From: Zygnema circumcarinatum SAG 698-1b
Lineage: Eukaryota > Plantae > Zygnematophyceae
NCBI GenBank assembly: GCA_037447605.1
Contig: CM074807.1
Span: forward strand, 2,614,327-2,678,326
DNA length: 64,000 nucleotides
Reading direction: 5' to 3'
Shown here one piece after another: positions 39,649 through 54,187 of this stretch. Numbering within the stretch: position 1 is the stretch's first letter; every line of letters starts with the position of its first letter. Both the position numbers and the translations under genes were made by a program. The notes beneath the pieces are model-generated. The model saw only the letters and a program-made list of their open reading frames with translations, was not told where the DNA came from and made no database searches.

Positions 39649-40148
39649 GGGTATCCTTCATCGCAAGGAGCGTGCATATGCTCACCGTGATGCGGCCGAC
39701 GAGTTTGTTCCTATGGCTATTGAGATTTTTGGCTGCCTCGACACCCGTTTGGATACCTTCCTTCGCCAGTGCGCCCATCGCTCCTTCGAGATGCACGGCC
39801 CCGGAAGCCCTCCTCCGGCGATCTTGGCTACCTTTTATCGACAGCGTATTTCCGTCGCCCTTCAGCGTTGCCTCGCTTCTACGCTTCTTCGGCGTGCTGC
39901 AGTTGTTGGTGATCGTGTTGGTGGACTTCCGCCGCTCCCTCCTCGCGACATGCCTCATATCGGTGACCTTCGCGGCTGCTTCTAGGGCTGCGTTGTTGTG
40001 CCTAGGCGTAGTTTTCCGCTCCTAGCTTCGTGTTATTGTGTTTCGGTCCTTTGTGACCAGTCCTTCGTGGTTCCACATTTTGCCTTTGTCCATGTACATT
40101 TGATGGCCTCGCCATCGCGAGTTCAATGAAAGTTTCCCCTCATTTTAT
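39649..40148 (+). mobile_element. 5'-truncated RLE-type (CRE-like) non-LTR retrotransposon, copy C
   Basis: Coding remnant (39650-39985) followed by a ~150-bp 3' UTR shared with other copies. Candidate TSD ATGTATTTA at 39640-39648 and 40149-40157. Confidence 0.75.
39650..39985 (+). pseudogene. C-terminal part of a restriction-like endonuclease (RLE) domain of a non-LTR retrotransposon ORF
   Basis: Open frame HRKERAYAHRDAADEFVPMAIEIFGCLDTRLDTFLRQCAHRSFEMHGPGSPPPAILATFYRQRISVALQRCLASTLLRRAAVVG...* carries the K-x-x-x-Y, F-x-P-x-A-x-E-x-F-G and QR-x-S-x-ALQR motifs of CRE/NeSL/HERO-type RLE domains. The PD-(D/E)xK core and the RT domain are absent (truncated). Confidence 0.8.
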
Positions 40149-40162
40149 ATGTATTTAACGTA

Positions 40163-43012
<2,850 letters not shown>

Positions 43013-43259
43013 TTAACGTATTTTCTTTTGATTTCTCGCTAATTGAACAGAGATTGATTATTGGCCAACCAGCAACTCAACAGGTGTGACGGGCCACACG
43101 TGTGACACGTGTGGCCGTATAGTTTCGTACACAGTTTTCGTACAGAAATTCCGTACGACTCTATGTCAGGTTGTACGGATGTTAACAGTTGCGTTCGGGT
43201 TTTATACAATGTAAAATACTGTATTAATACTGTATTATACATTGTATTAAACCTCAAAG

Positions 43260-43305
43260 ACGTAACGCAAACTTTCATTGAACTCGCGATGGCGAGGCCA
43301 TCAAA
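43260..43305 (-). mobile_element. Extremely 5'-truncated (46-bp) RLE retroelement tail, copy D
   Basis: acgtaacgcaaactttcattgaactcgcgatggcgaggccatcaaa is identical to the end of copy B and is flanked by the direct repeat TCAAAG (43254-43259; 43306-43311). Confidence 0.75.
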
Positions 43306-43498
43306 TCAAAGTGTATAATACGGATCTATACCGACAACAGAACGCGCCAAACTCGCTGTGGCCGGCAGCGGCGCTGGCTGGCGAGTGCCGGCGGCGGCAG
43401 GCCGGCACGGGCAAGTCGTGCCGGTCACCTACGATACCCCGGCGATATGACGATATATGGTTGCTCTTAACCTTTGACAAAAATGGCTGCCCTAAAAA

Positions 43499-44798
43499 GG
43501 GTAACTCTACTGCACCCCCGCGTTTTGTCTTTCGCACCCCCCTTTTGAAAAATTTGCCTGCCCGTTTTGGTTACCCCCCCAGTTTTGAATATTTCGGGAA
43601 AAAATCTTTTTCCCTCCCCTCCCGTCCCCTCCCCTCCCCTCCCCTCCCCTCCGCTGCCCTCCCTTGCCTTCCCCTCCTCGTCTCTCCTCTTCTCGGTTTG
43701 CAATGTCCATAAAAATGCTACCAACTGAGTATGAGACCCGCGATGAGCTCGTACAAGTCGAAAAAATGTTCCAATTGCAAGCAAGCAGGCCACAACTTAA
43801 GATCTTGCCTTAATTAGGGGGTTTATGATCCTAACCTAAAAACAGAGAATAACAGTTGCCCAACATTGGTGACCTTTGCGTTTAAGGCTGCGTTTTTTGC
43901 GCTTAAGCTTAGTTTAGTTTAGTTTTTTGCTCCTAGTTTTTTTATTTTGTGCTTGGTTCATTAGCGACCAATTTCTTGTGGTTCCCACGTTGAATTTGTC
44001 CATGTTTATTTGATGGCCTCACCATCTTGAGACCAATGCAAATCCGGTTTTCTTTTGTCGCACATTTGTTGGAAGTCAATAGTGAAAAGGAGAAAACGAG
44101 GGGGGTGGAATGTCCAGAAAAAGAGGAGGGGAGAGGAGGNNNNNNNNNNCCTCCCCTCCCCTCCTCTCCCCTCCTCTTTTTCTGGACATTCCACCCCCCT
44201 CGTTTTCTCCTTTTCACTATTGACTTCCAACAAATGTGCGACAAAAGAAAACCGGATTTGCATTGGTCTCAAGATGGTGAGGCCATCAAATAAACATGGA
44301 CAAATTCAACGTGGGAACCACAAGAAATTGGTCGCTAATGAACCAAGCACAAAATAAAAAAACTAGGAGCAAAAAACTAAACTAAACTAAGCTTAAGCGC
44401 AAAAAACGCAGCCTTAAACGCAAAGGTCACCAATGTTGGGCAACTGTTATTCTCTGTTTTTAGGTTAGGATCATAAACCCCCTAATTAAGGCAAGATCTT
44501 AAGTTGTGGCCTGCTTGCTTGCAATTGGAACATTTTTTCGACTTGTACGAGCTCATCGCGGGTCTCATACTCAGTTGGTAGCATTTTTATGGACATTGCA
44601 AACCGAGAAGAGGAGAGACGAGGAGGGGAAGGCAAGGGAGGGCAGCGGAGGGGAGGGGAGGGGAGGGGAGGGGACGGGAGGGGAGGGAAAAAGATTTTTT
44701 CCCGAAATATTCAAAACTGGGGGGTAACCAAAACGGCCAGGAAAAAAATTCAAAAGGGGGGTGCGAAAGACAAAACGCGGGGGTGCGTAGAGTTACCC
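43499..44798. mobile_element. MULE (Mutator-like) non-autonomous element with foldback appearance
   Basis: Termini GGGTAACTCTAC...GTAGAGTTACCC with a 9-bp TSD CCCTAAAAA (43490-43498; 44799-44807). The two ~640-bp arms mirror each other around the N gap. An internal CX2CX4HX4C remnant (KKCSNCKQAGHNLRSCLN*, 43761-43817) is present. Confidence 0.85.
43866..44043 (+). mobile_element. Diverged RLE retroelement 3'-tail copy F inside the MULE arm (mirrored at about 44256-44433)
   Basis: Colinear similarity to copy C over about 170 bp: ggtgacct...ggctgcgtt...gctcctag...gacca...gtggttcc...tttgtccatgt..atttgatggcctc.ccatc..gag..caatg. Confidence 0.7.
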
Positions 44799-45124
44799 CC
44801 CTAAAAATCGCGTACGGCACATTCGCGTACGGCCTTATAGCCGTACGGGATGGCGGGCGGGAGGGTGGTCGGTGGCTTCTGATTGGACGGGGGTTCATGC
44901 TCACGGCTCCATGTGGCTGAGTCGCCTTCCATGTTAAAGCGCAGTAAAGTGCCACGTGTCAGCCGCTTATTGCCTGCCTTATACCATGTTGCCGTTCGTA
45001 CGGGAAATAGAGGCCAATCCGCGGCCCCGTACAGGACGTACAGGACGTGCCCTTGCGGAGAGTGAGAGAGAGGTGGAGGGAGAGAGGGAGAGAGGAAGAA
45101 AGGGAGAGAGGGCGGGCGGATGCC

Positions 45125-48100
45125 ATGGCGTCGGTCGCCATAGCCATCGCGGGCAAAAAGCAGGACGGGGAGAGTGAGGATCAGAGTCTGCACCCGCAGA
45201 ACCGCGTGAAGGGCCACGTGGCGGCCGCCATTGACAGGATGGTGAGCCCGCAGGAGGAGGGTCCCCTGGCGCCTCTCCTCGCCCGCGAGAGGAGGAGGGA
45301 GTACGCCGAGTGGGAGGCTGGAGCCTCGCGGCCGCTGCTGCATAAGGCGGTCTCGGGGGAAGAGGTGAGAAGCTGCGCAGAGGAAGTGAGAGGAGAGGGG
45401 AGGAGAGGAGAGGAGGCGAGGGAGAGGGGCAGAGGGTGGGGAAGAGGAGGAGGAGGGCGAGGGAAACGGACATGGTGACGGGAGAGAGTGAGAAGAGAGA
45501 GAGCGAGGGATCATTGTCGGAGGAGAAGGGCTGCATACAACTGGCAAGGGAGTGTTTTTGGTAGGGTGGGCGTGAAGAGTTATGAAGAGAATGAAGAGGA
45601 TTGTAGATTGAGATGTGGTGGAAAAAGTCGAGATTGAAGTGACAAAAGTAACGGGGAGTGGAAGAGCATCAGGAAGCCGAGAAAGGGGACAGGAGCAAAG
45701 GGAGGAAGGACATTGATGAGGGTGAGAAACGGGAGGGAAGGGAAATGTAGGGGAAGACGGGAGAGGGAGAGAGGATAGAAGGGATAGAGGGTTGCGAGAA
45801 CGGAGGCAGGGTCCTCGAGAACTAAAGGGAGTAAGTGGTAGAGGGGGGAGAGAATCGAGGGTGCATAGAAAAAGTGGGAAAGGAGAGTGAGAACGAGAGA
45901 AAGTGTTAAGAAAGTCGATAATGGGCTTGTGGAATGCGGCAGAAGGAGAAGGTGAGTCAATTGGAGGAGTTTGAAGAGCGATGTTGACGAGATAGCAGAA
46001 GAGAAGTAGTGATAAAAAGATAGAGCGTTGCATTGGAACTGATGCGAGCAGCGGGCGCTCCATTCAGGAACGCTATGCAATTAATTTACGCCGAGTTTTC
46101 TTATCATTGGAAGAGTCAAAACGGGGCTTTTGCTATCTGTGGCTGCATTTATGTGCAAGAAAAATAGAGCCGAGGCTGCATTGCCCCCTTTTTCGTGATA
46201 TCTTTTAACGACTCAGCGAGGAGGTGAATAGCAGACTCTCACTTCTAACTTTTTTTGGGTGACAGGAAAGCGATGAAGAAGAGTCAGAAGAGATGAAAAT
46301 GATTCTTAATAGGCAGATGTTCAGCCGGCGAGATTGGGATGCGGGCAAGGTCCAACCTTCTCGCCGGCTGCTCGTTCAGCGCCCGAGTTTGCGCCGACGC
46401 AGCGAAGACCCTTCACTGCTAAACGAGAAACACCAAGACCTCATCGCTAAGTTTGAAGTGCGCGCAACTATTTCAACCTTCTCTAAGGATTATTTCAACT
46501 GTAATCAGAAAATGCAAGAATAACATCTATTCAATACTAAAGAATGATAAGTGGCCTACCTGCTTAGAAGCAACTGTACGCGTGTTTTACGAGGAAAGTA
46601 ACCTCGTCCTCACTGCTAATTGTGAAAATGCCGAGGTGACTTTCAACTGTATGTTGCAAATATAGAATCATTGAAGAATATGACTGTTGCTTACTCAATA
46701 GTGACCACGTTGTTAGGAGGAACTATGTGGCTTGCTTACGGGGCCACCTCTCTCCCTCTGCTGCTCCCTCTCCACTCCGCAGCAAATTGAAGCAGGAAAG
46801 CCCGCCCGGTCTGTGAGCTGGTCCGATCTTGAGCCCGGGTCAGTTGACTTTCCGCCGTACATCCTCAATCCCGAAGGAGTTAAGTACACCAACTTCTTCT
46901 ACTTCACCATCGTTCTGGCCGTGGTGGTGAGCATTGTGGAGCCCTACAACGTCGCATATTTGGAGTACGATGAGATCTTCACGCCGATCAACACTCTCAT
47001 GTATGTCATCGACCTGGTAAGGGAATGCTTCTTCTTTTGATTCTGTGGCATCTATTTGAGCGAATTTGCATCTTTTGCCGAGATTTTTACTTCTCCGGAG
47101 AAGTTTCTGCTCTAACTCTGCATATGTTGTGGCTTGTACCCACAAAATGCAGGTTTATATTGCAGATATATTTGTGAATTTTTTCGTTGCGACATTCGAA
47201 AAAGGCGAATGGTTGATGCAGCCTAAGCAGATCGCGAAGAGGTGCTAATCGCTTTCTTTTCTTCTCTTCCTCTTCCTCTTCCTCTTCCTCTCCTTCTTGA
47301 TTTCAAGGAATTGCCCCTGCAGTCCTGTGTGTGTCCTTCAACCAGTGGGGCATTTCCTGCTTCTCAGTCCTTCTCACACCCTAGAACTCTCGCCTCTACC
47401 ACCATAATGCCAATGCCAAAGTCCAACTTTTGGAGTTCAGTTTTTCGTCGAATTTGGCAAAACAAGGGAATTGCAATCCGCATTGCTAATTAGTTTAAGT
47501 CACGTTTGCCATTGACGTTTTTTCCTTGAACAGTTCTTTTTCTTTTTTTCACGTTTTCAAAACTTATCTATTTTAAGCTCCATTCTCTTGCTGTCGCTCT
47601 GTACAACCGACTTTTGTATCGCTAGCAGGTGACGGAAATGGGTGATTTGGGCAACAGCTATTTGATGAGCGCATTCACATATGACCTCATGGAGGCTCTC
47701 CCATGGGACTTAATCGCTAAAGTAATATGGCGGCCCGAGGGTCTGGCAGCCCTCCGCTGTGAGACTCTGGGCTTCATTCGCCTCCTCCGCCTTAAGAGAC
47801 TGTAAGGAAACCTCCTTCCTTCGCTTCACTTTTATGAAAACTTTTATGAGACAGGACATGGCTGAAAGGCATTATTGGGGCTCTACCACGCATCCCAATG
47901 CAGGTTCAAGTTCTTCTGGGATGTGGGTGTTGACCTAAAGTTCGACTATTTCACAACGAGTGTGGTGAAGTTCAGCGCTCTCATCATCTTTTCCGCGCAC
48001 TGGGCTGCCACTGTCTTCTATTTGCTCGCACGGCTGCGCGGCTTTGACAGCGACACGGTACGGCTCCTTCATTGCTTTCTTCTTGCGAGCTCTTCAAAAA

Positions 48101-51100
48101 TTAGAGGCACCCTCGTCTCACTTTCCTCCTTGTCGGGGGTGCAGTGGGTGGGCAACAGTGAGCCGGAGCTGCCTTCCAGAGGTCCACTGTTTGCATATCT
48201 CACTTCTATCTACTGGTAGCCTGTTCTACCACCCACAAAACCTTCAAAAGGCGAAAGAACGAGAGAGAGAGTGATAGAGAGAGAGAGAGAAGGGGGAGGA
48301 AGGGGGTGAGGAGGAGAGAGACGGGAGTGAGATTAACCCCTATTTTGTGTCATTTATGGCGTCCATGTTTGTGGGGTTTGGAATGTTGGATAGGGCCATG
48401 ACGACGCTGTCCACAGCAGGTGCAACCCCCCCCCTCCCCTTGTTCTGTCTCTTTAAAGTTTTCAGTGTTGCAACTCACTGCTGGAGAGCCGAATGCAAGG
48501 GAAAAACTCAAAAACGGACAGTTAGCAGAGCTCTCTGCGAGCGGTAGATGAGGACGATATGTCCTATTTCGGCTGACTCGGATCGGAGAGCAATGCAGGA
48601 TATGGAGACTTCTCGGCGTTCACCTTCGAGGAGCGATTATGGACATCACTTTTCATGCTGTTCAATCTGGGACTCACTGCCTATGTTTTGGGAAACATGA
48701 CTGTGATCCTCACCAAAGCAGACAGTCAGACGGGAGCGTATCGTGACCGGCTCACAGCCATGAACAGGTAATCTCAGCTTGGACTCCTTCACTTTCTGAA
48801 CCATTTAGAGGTTCTTTGAGTGATTGAAGGCTGTGTAAGCCCTGGAGGTGCGTGTATGTGAATATGGAAGCTCAGTGCTAAGCCGAACTTTCTTTCCCAA
48901 TGCAGATACATGAAAGCCCACAAGATTTCTAAGGACATCCAGGTGCAGATGAGAGCACATCTCAAGCTCCATTTCGAAACGTCCGAAGTAAGTCAGTGCT
49001 GTTGCTCTCACAGCTTTCGCCTCAGGAAACTGAATGCCGTTTTTTTTTTTTTTTTTGTCGCTCATTGGGGCTATTCTGCTGTGCAGGTGCGCGATGAGAT
49101 TCTGAGCCAATGTCCTTCCACCATTCGCATGCGCATCATGAAGCATGTGTATCTGCGATGGGTGAACATGCCATACTTGTTCCACGAAACATCGCAAGTT
49201 TTTCGAGTGAGCAACCTTTCATTTCTATATTTCACCACCATATGCAACCCAACGGTCACCTACTTAATGCACCCTACCCCCCCTGCTCTGAGGGGGCACC
49301 ATGCCAATTCTCTCTCCCTTGTCTAGAAACCCTACCAGCTCTAAAAGCTCTCCTCCCATTCTTGCGGGGTTCAGGATCAGCTGGCGACGCACATGCATGT
49401 GGACTTCTTTGTGGCCAACACCTCCATCCTTACTGCAACTGACACAGTGAATGAGCTCTATATTCTTGCATCTCCCAACAGTGCCTGCGAGGTCTGTACC
49501 CTGAAATCCCATACAGTCTTCAGAAGCCCTGAACTACTTGACATCCCTAAATGAAGGACAGGAAAAGGAAAAAGGGGATTGTTACATTCGCTCGCAGCTT
49601 TTGGCGCCAAACTGAGTCGCATCAATAGCTGCATTATTGCGCTTTGAGCGGGAACAGGTGGTATTGAAGACTGCGGGCGGACCAAATGAAGAGATCTGGT
49701 TTCAGTATGGGCCTGGGGATGTTCTGGGAGGTGAGGAAAAAATTTCAACAACAGTGGAGCAGAGCATCCTGCACTTGCTGCTCTGATAAAGGATGATGAA
49801 GCGTTAGTTCTTCAAACCCTAATAACCAAAAAGCTTTAAAGTCATAACGGTGGAGAGTCATTTTCACCATCACTTGCTGCTGTTCATGTCTTACTGCCAT
49901 AGCTGGGTTGGAGCCATGCATGGCTGTGCTGCAGAATTTGCATTCATTTGCGAAATGCCGAGTGTTTGGACCCTCCGCACCGCCACCCCTTGCCGCATGC
50001 TTGTGCTTGAGCGTGACGACTATGAGACTTTGGCCAAAAACCATCCGGAAGATGCACGTACTGTCGTCCGCAACCTGCTTGAACGGTGCGTAGAGGGAAG
50101 CAGCCACTGAGTCATGCAGGGAAAACGGGTTGGGACGGTCATTTAACCGTTCTAATGATACTAGGAATACTGGGTGAAGATAACTCAGCTCCAATGTCTG
50201 CTTCAGTTGCGGATTGGGCAGTGCATGAATTCGTCACAAGGGCGAGTTGTCGGAAGCGAGTCGGAGCAGCCGAAGAGTTTGGAGCCATGACGGCTTAAAA
50301 GTGATGGTTTTTTGGCAGGTCCAAAGCTATCGTGGAAGCTTCAAAGCTGCACAGCACAAAGGGCAGCATGGTGGAAGTGTCCTCTCTCATTCATCGGGAG
50401 GTTCAGGTGCATATTAGTTCAGATTCGCCGCTCTTAATCCCATATCTTGTCATCAGAGACAAACAAGCTATCCCGGATACCCTAAAATCGTGAAAGCGAA
50501 TGTGTGGAGGCGTTTGCAGGCATACATAAACAAGCAGGATCAGGAAACTATGATGAATCTATGCTATGCAGCGAAGCGTGGAGACATGTTGGAGGTATAC
50601 CGACTCACCACAGGAGGCTTTGATGTCAGCACAAACGATTATGATGGCAGAACTGCTCTTGTGAGTTGCCCCCTGCCTCCTTATAACCCTAAATACACTT
50701 CAGACTCTAAACCGGCCGCTTTCAAACCCTGAAGCCTGACTGGAAGTCCTTCGCTATCTTGATGGGCTCTTTGGGTTTCGGGAAACACGTATGCAGCATC
50801 TAGCAGCCGCCAATGGGCAGGACAATGTGGTGCAGTTTTTGATAGAAAAGGGAGCGCCAGTTAATCCCCGAGGTGAGTTCGGAGAGTCATGTGAACTATG
50901 AATCTGGCAAAGGAAAGGTTTATACTATGGAGAAGGAAAGGTAATGCTTCACTGTGGTTATGAGTAGTTACAGTTGTGCATGTTCTATGATACGCAACCC
51001 ATCGGGGTATGGGCATGCAGACTCCTTTTGGAGGACTCCTCTCCAGGAGGCGGTGTCTGCCGGACATTGGTCAACCGCTGAGATTCTCTGCAAGTGGGCC

Positions 51101-51186
51101 CTCTCTGCCTCTTTGGACCCTAAGACCTAAAGAGGTTAAGAAAGGGAAGCGATGGAGTTAGTGCGTGGAGCGTGTTGCTTATGTTG

Positions 51187-51231
<45 letters not shown>

Positions 51232-51241
51232 NNNNNNNNNN

Positions 51242-51309
<68 letters not shown>

Positions 51310-51905
51310 CTCTCAACCTGTTCCCCCTCATCGTGACTCCCCCACTCCGTGACTCCCCCCCTCCCCTCCCCTGGCCCGTCTCCTCCCCCGTCGTTCTCCC
51401 TTCCCTTCTCACTCTCGCTCTTTCTCTCTTCCCTTGTTGATTGAGGGAGCCGCATCTTGATGCAGGCATGGAGGGGAACTGAAACTGCGCAACGAAGGCA
51501 CACACATGTGTCGGCTTGCATACCAGGGCCACGTCGCCGAGCTTGAGCACCTCATCCAATATGGAGCGAATGTGGACGCTGCGGACTATGATGGCCGCAC
51601 GGCCCTTCACATGGCTGCGGCAGAAGGCCACGTTAGCGGTGTTCGGGTGAGTGGGAAATTGGCGGGAAGCTGAAGGAGTGTGCCGTGAAGATACTGTATG
51701 GGCAATATTTATGAAAGCTTCCTCTCTTCTCACCGGTGGACAGGTTCTGATTGAAAAGGGCGCCAACGTGAACGCTTTGGATCGGTGGCACTGCACCCCT
51801 CTGGACGAGGCAGAGCAGTGCGGAAACCCCGTCTCTCAGCAGATCATCCGAGAAAATGGCGGCAAGCACGGGAGGGAGATTCCTCGCAAACAGCCCACGT
51901 CATGA
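45125..51905 (+). CDS. Shaker-family (AKT-like) voltage-gated K+ channel with cyclic-nucleotide-binding-like domain and ankyrin repeats, about 20 exons
   Basis: S1-S2 (YILNPEGVKYTNFFYFTIVL...IADIFVNFF), S4 (FIRLLRLKRL), pore YW|AMTTLSTAG|YGD, S6 MLFNLGLTAYVLGNMT (AKT/KAT-type), cNBD (AEFAFICEMPSVWTLRT) and ankyrin repeats (DYDGRTALHLAAANG, DYDGRTALHMAAAEG, DRWHCTPLDEA); stop at 51903-51905. Exon 1 (45125-45364) and exon 2 (46266-46457) are inferred from splice signals and phase and are less certain. Confidence 0.92.
51190..51306 (+). repeat. (CT)n(CA)n microsatellite in a K+ channel intron, containing a 10-N gap
   Basis: Direct reading. Confidence 0.95.
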
Positions 51906-53049
51906 GACTCTCTTGCAAAAATTGCACGCTTTTTAGATTATTGTTTCTCCCTTATGTCCTATGAAAGCAACGTCCTGATGGTAAGTTGGGTGGCAGCTTC
52001 TCCCCTCCTTCCCTCCTTTATTTAAGTTTCATGCCTTGATCTCCTTCAGCAATTCAGTGGTGGAGAAAAGCCTGAACGATTGTTTCCAGAACTTGCTGTT
52101 GCAAGAAGGCTGCAGAGGCCATTAGATGATATTCTGCTTAGCTTGTCAATGTCTTATAGTGCATTCGCCTGCAGCTTCACTTCGTATAGTTGACTATCCT
52201 GTGCGTGAATCCCCAGGTAGGTCCTCATGAGCTTTCCATAGAGCCCACAATAAGCAGTTCGTGTCTTGTTTTACGAAAGACATTGAACGGTCGTTCAAAC
52301 AAATCATACATGGAAACACTTGTACATGCAATGAATAACCGTATCCCATGTGTCCAAATTATACAGTAGTAGAAATGGAAAGTATGTGACATGTCTCTGG
52401 AGGTGTGCACGTGCTCATTTGCTCTGTTGAGCTGAACAGCCCACGGTTTGCTTCTGGAACATGTGTGGAAACATCCTTACCGCATGACAACTGGCCGAAG
52501 TGCGAGCGATCTGCTCATTCTGCTTCATTCTCATTCTTCTTTGTTACGTCCAGTCCTTACTTTTACATCTTTCTTTGTCAGCGTCGTTCATCTTCTGCCT
52601 ATGCTGCCAACTATTTCACTGAAAATGAGCGTAAAATTACGGACTTGAACAGGATCGAGCAGCTCGTACACTTATTGACCATCACCACAATCGCTGGCAA
52701 AGGTGACCGCCTCCTTTTGAGCAACAGAGCACACTCGCTATAGGAAGTTTAGGCACTTAAAAAAAATCGGCAAGCGTCAACCTCGAGCAAACATATGGTA
52801 CGGTATTGTGACGGCAGGCGGCCAACAGTGAGAAGCAAAATGCAGTAGCGTTTCAGCGAAGCAGCCCCAGGGAGAGGAAAGGAGAGGAGAGGCGAGGCGA
52901 GGAGAAGGCTAATTTTGAGAAAGAACCACTCACTACTTACCACTTACTGCAGATCAATGCCACTTCCTTCTCCTTACTGCACAGAGCTACTCTTCGAACA
53001 AAGAAACCCTATCTAGGGCTGCAATCAGCTTTCCTCTTCTCGCGGGTCC

Positions 53050-53280
53050 CCCCCCCCCGACGGCCGTTCGATTTGAGACGGGGCAGCGCGCAGGCCGTCG
53101 ATCACGCGTGTCAATTGGCCTCCGTGGCAGCGTTGCTCCATGCGGGGCGCCGTTAAGGCTGGCGGTTGGCGGCGGACGGAGTCGCATGGAGACGGCCTTC
53201 GCGGCCTCCGCTTTTGGGGTCGGCCTTTGGGCCCGTGCGAGGCGAGGCCAACGGCGGGCCCTTAGCCCTAATTCGCTGAC
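53050..53280. promoter_or_regulatory. GC-rich, probably bidirectional promoter upstream of VPS55
   Basis: TGGGCC/GGGCCC site-II-like motifs and CCCTAA at ~53227-53271, with a telo-box-like AAACCCTA at ~53014-53021 on the other side. Confidence 0.45.
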
Positions 53281-54187
53281 GGACTGGTTCTCAGCTGTCG
53301 CGTCGGGCAGGCAAGAGGCCCTGTAGGGCTGTTTGCTGCTCCTTGGAAAGGTTGGGGAGGCCATGGCGATGGGCGTGGGACGTACGTTGTGATAAAGGAA
53401 GTATTAGGGCGGGAGGGTGAAGGGGAGGGTGAAGGAGGGACTTTGGAAAACCGCTGTGGGAGGTTGCTGGAGTTCCTTTTCTCTGAAAGCTACCGGAGTT
53501 TTGGAGTATTGAGGGAGTCTGGTTGAGAAGGGGCACCATGAATACTTCAGGTATGTTGGGTAATTTTGGCGGATGCCGTCCATCGGTTTTGGCGGCAGTA
53601 TGAGAGTCGAAGGGAAAGTGGCATGGCTCTCAAAGACTCTAGGGGAATTAAATTCCAATGCTTTAAATTCTTCAGCACAGAGAAACGCGGGTATTTGTTC
53701 TGGTTTTTTGTAATGAGCAGTTTGCAGAGCATTTGAGGCCGGTGTTGGGGAACATCCGCGTCCATAACTAACTAACGCTTCGATTGCGTGCTGATTTTGC
53801 ATTGGAACTCCCGACGCCTGTTCGCTGTTTCGCGGTTCTGCCCTTGTCCCAGTGTGAGTATTAGGTCCAGGCATTTTCATGCAACTTCTTGAATTCCCTC
53901 TCCCTCCAGCCTGTTTAAAGTAGCAGAAAAGTTCCCAGTCTGAACATGCGCAATACGTCCACCATAGTTGTCTTTTCATTGGCCTTTGTTGGTCATACGT
54001 GAAGCTTGTGCTAGAAAGTTTTGAGTTTGGTGTAGGCGATCACTTTGTATCCGTGTTTCTTTTTAGTTTTTTAATACCGCACACCCGCTTGGGTGCTTCT
54101 TTTGACTTGACGACCACTGAGATGACCTTGTAGATGGCAAAGTTTCCTCGAATAGATTCGCATATGAACTTCTACTACCTGCTTCAG

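Noticed and set aside
38957-40134. About 145-bp inverted repeats that look like the TIRs of a DNA transposon
   Set aside because: One arm is the 3' UTR directly after an RLE stop codon, the same sequence occurs unpaired elsewhere (43260, 43866, 56070), and no shared TSD flanks the pair. Two oppositely oriented retroelement copies explain it better.
44801-46063. 420-aa and 185-aa minus-strand Pro/Ser/Leu-rich ORFs
   Set aside because: They are antisense read-through of a GA-rich UTR, exon and intron, where stops are rare for compositional reasons.
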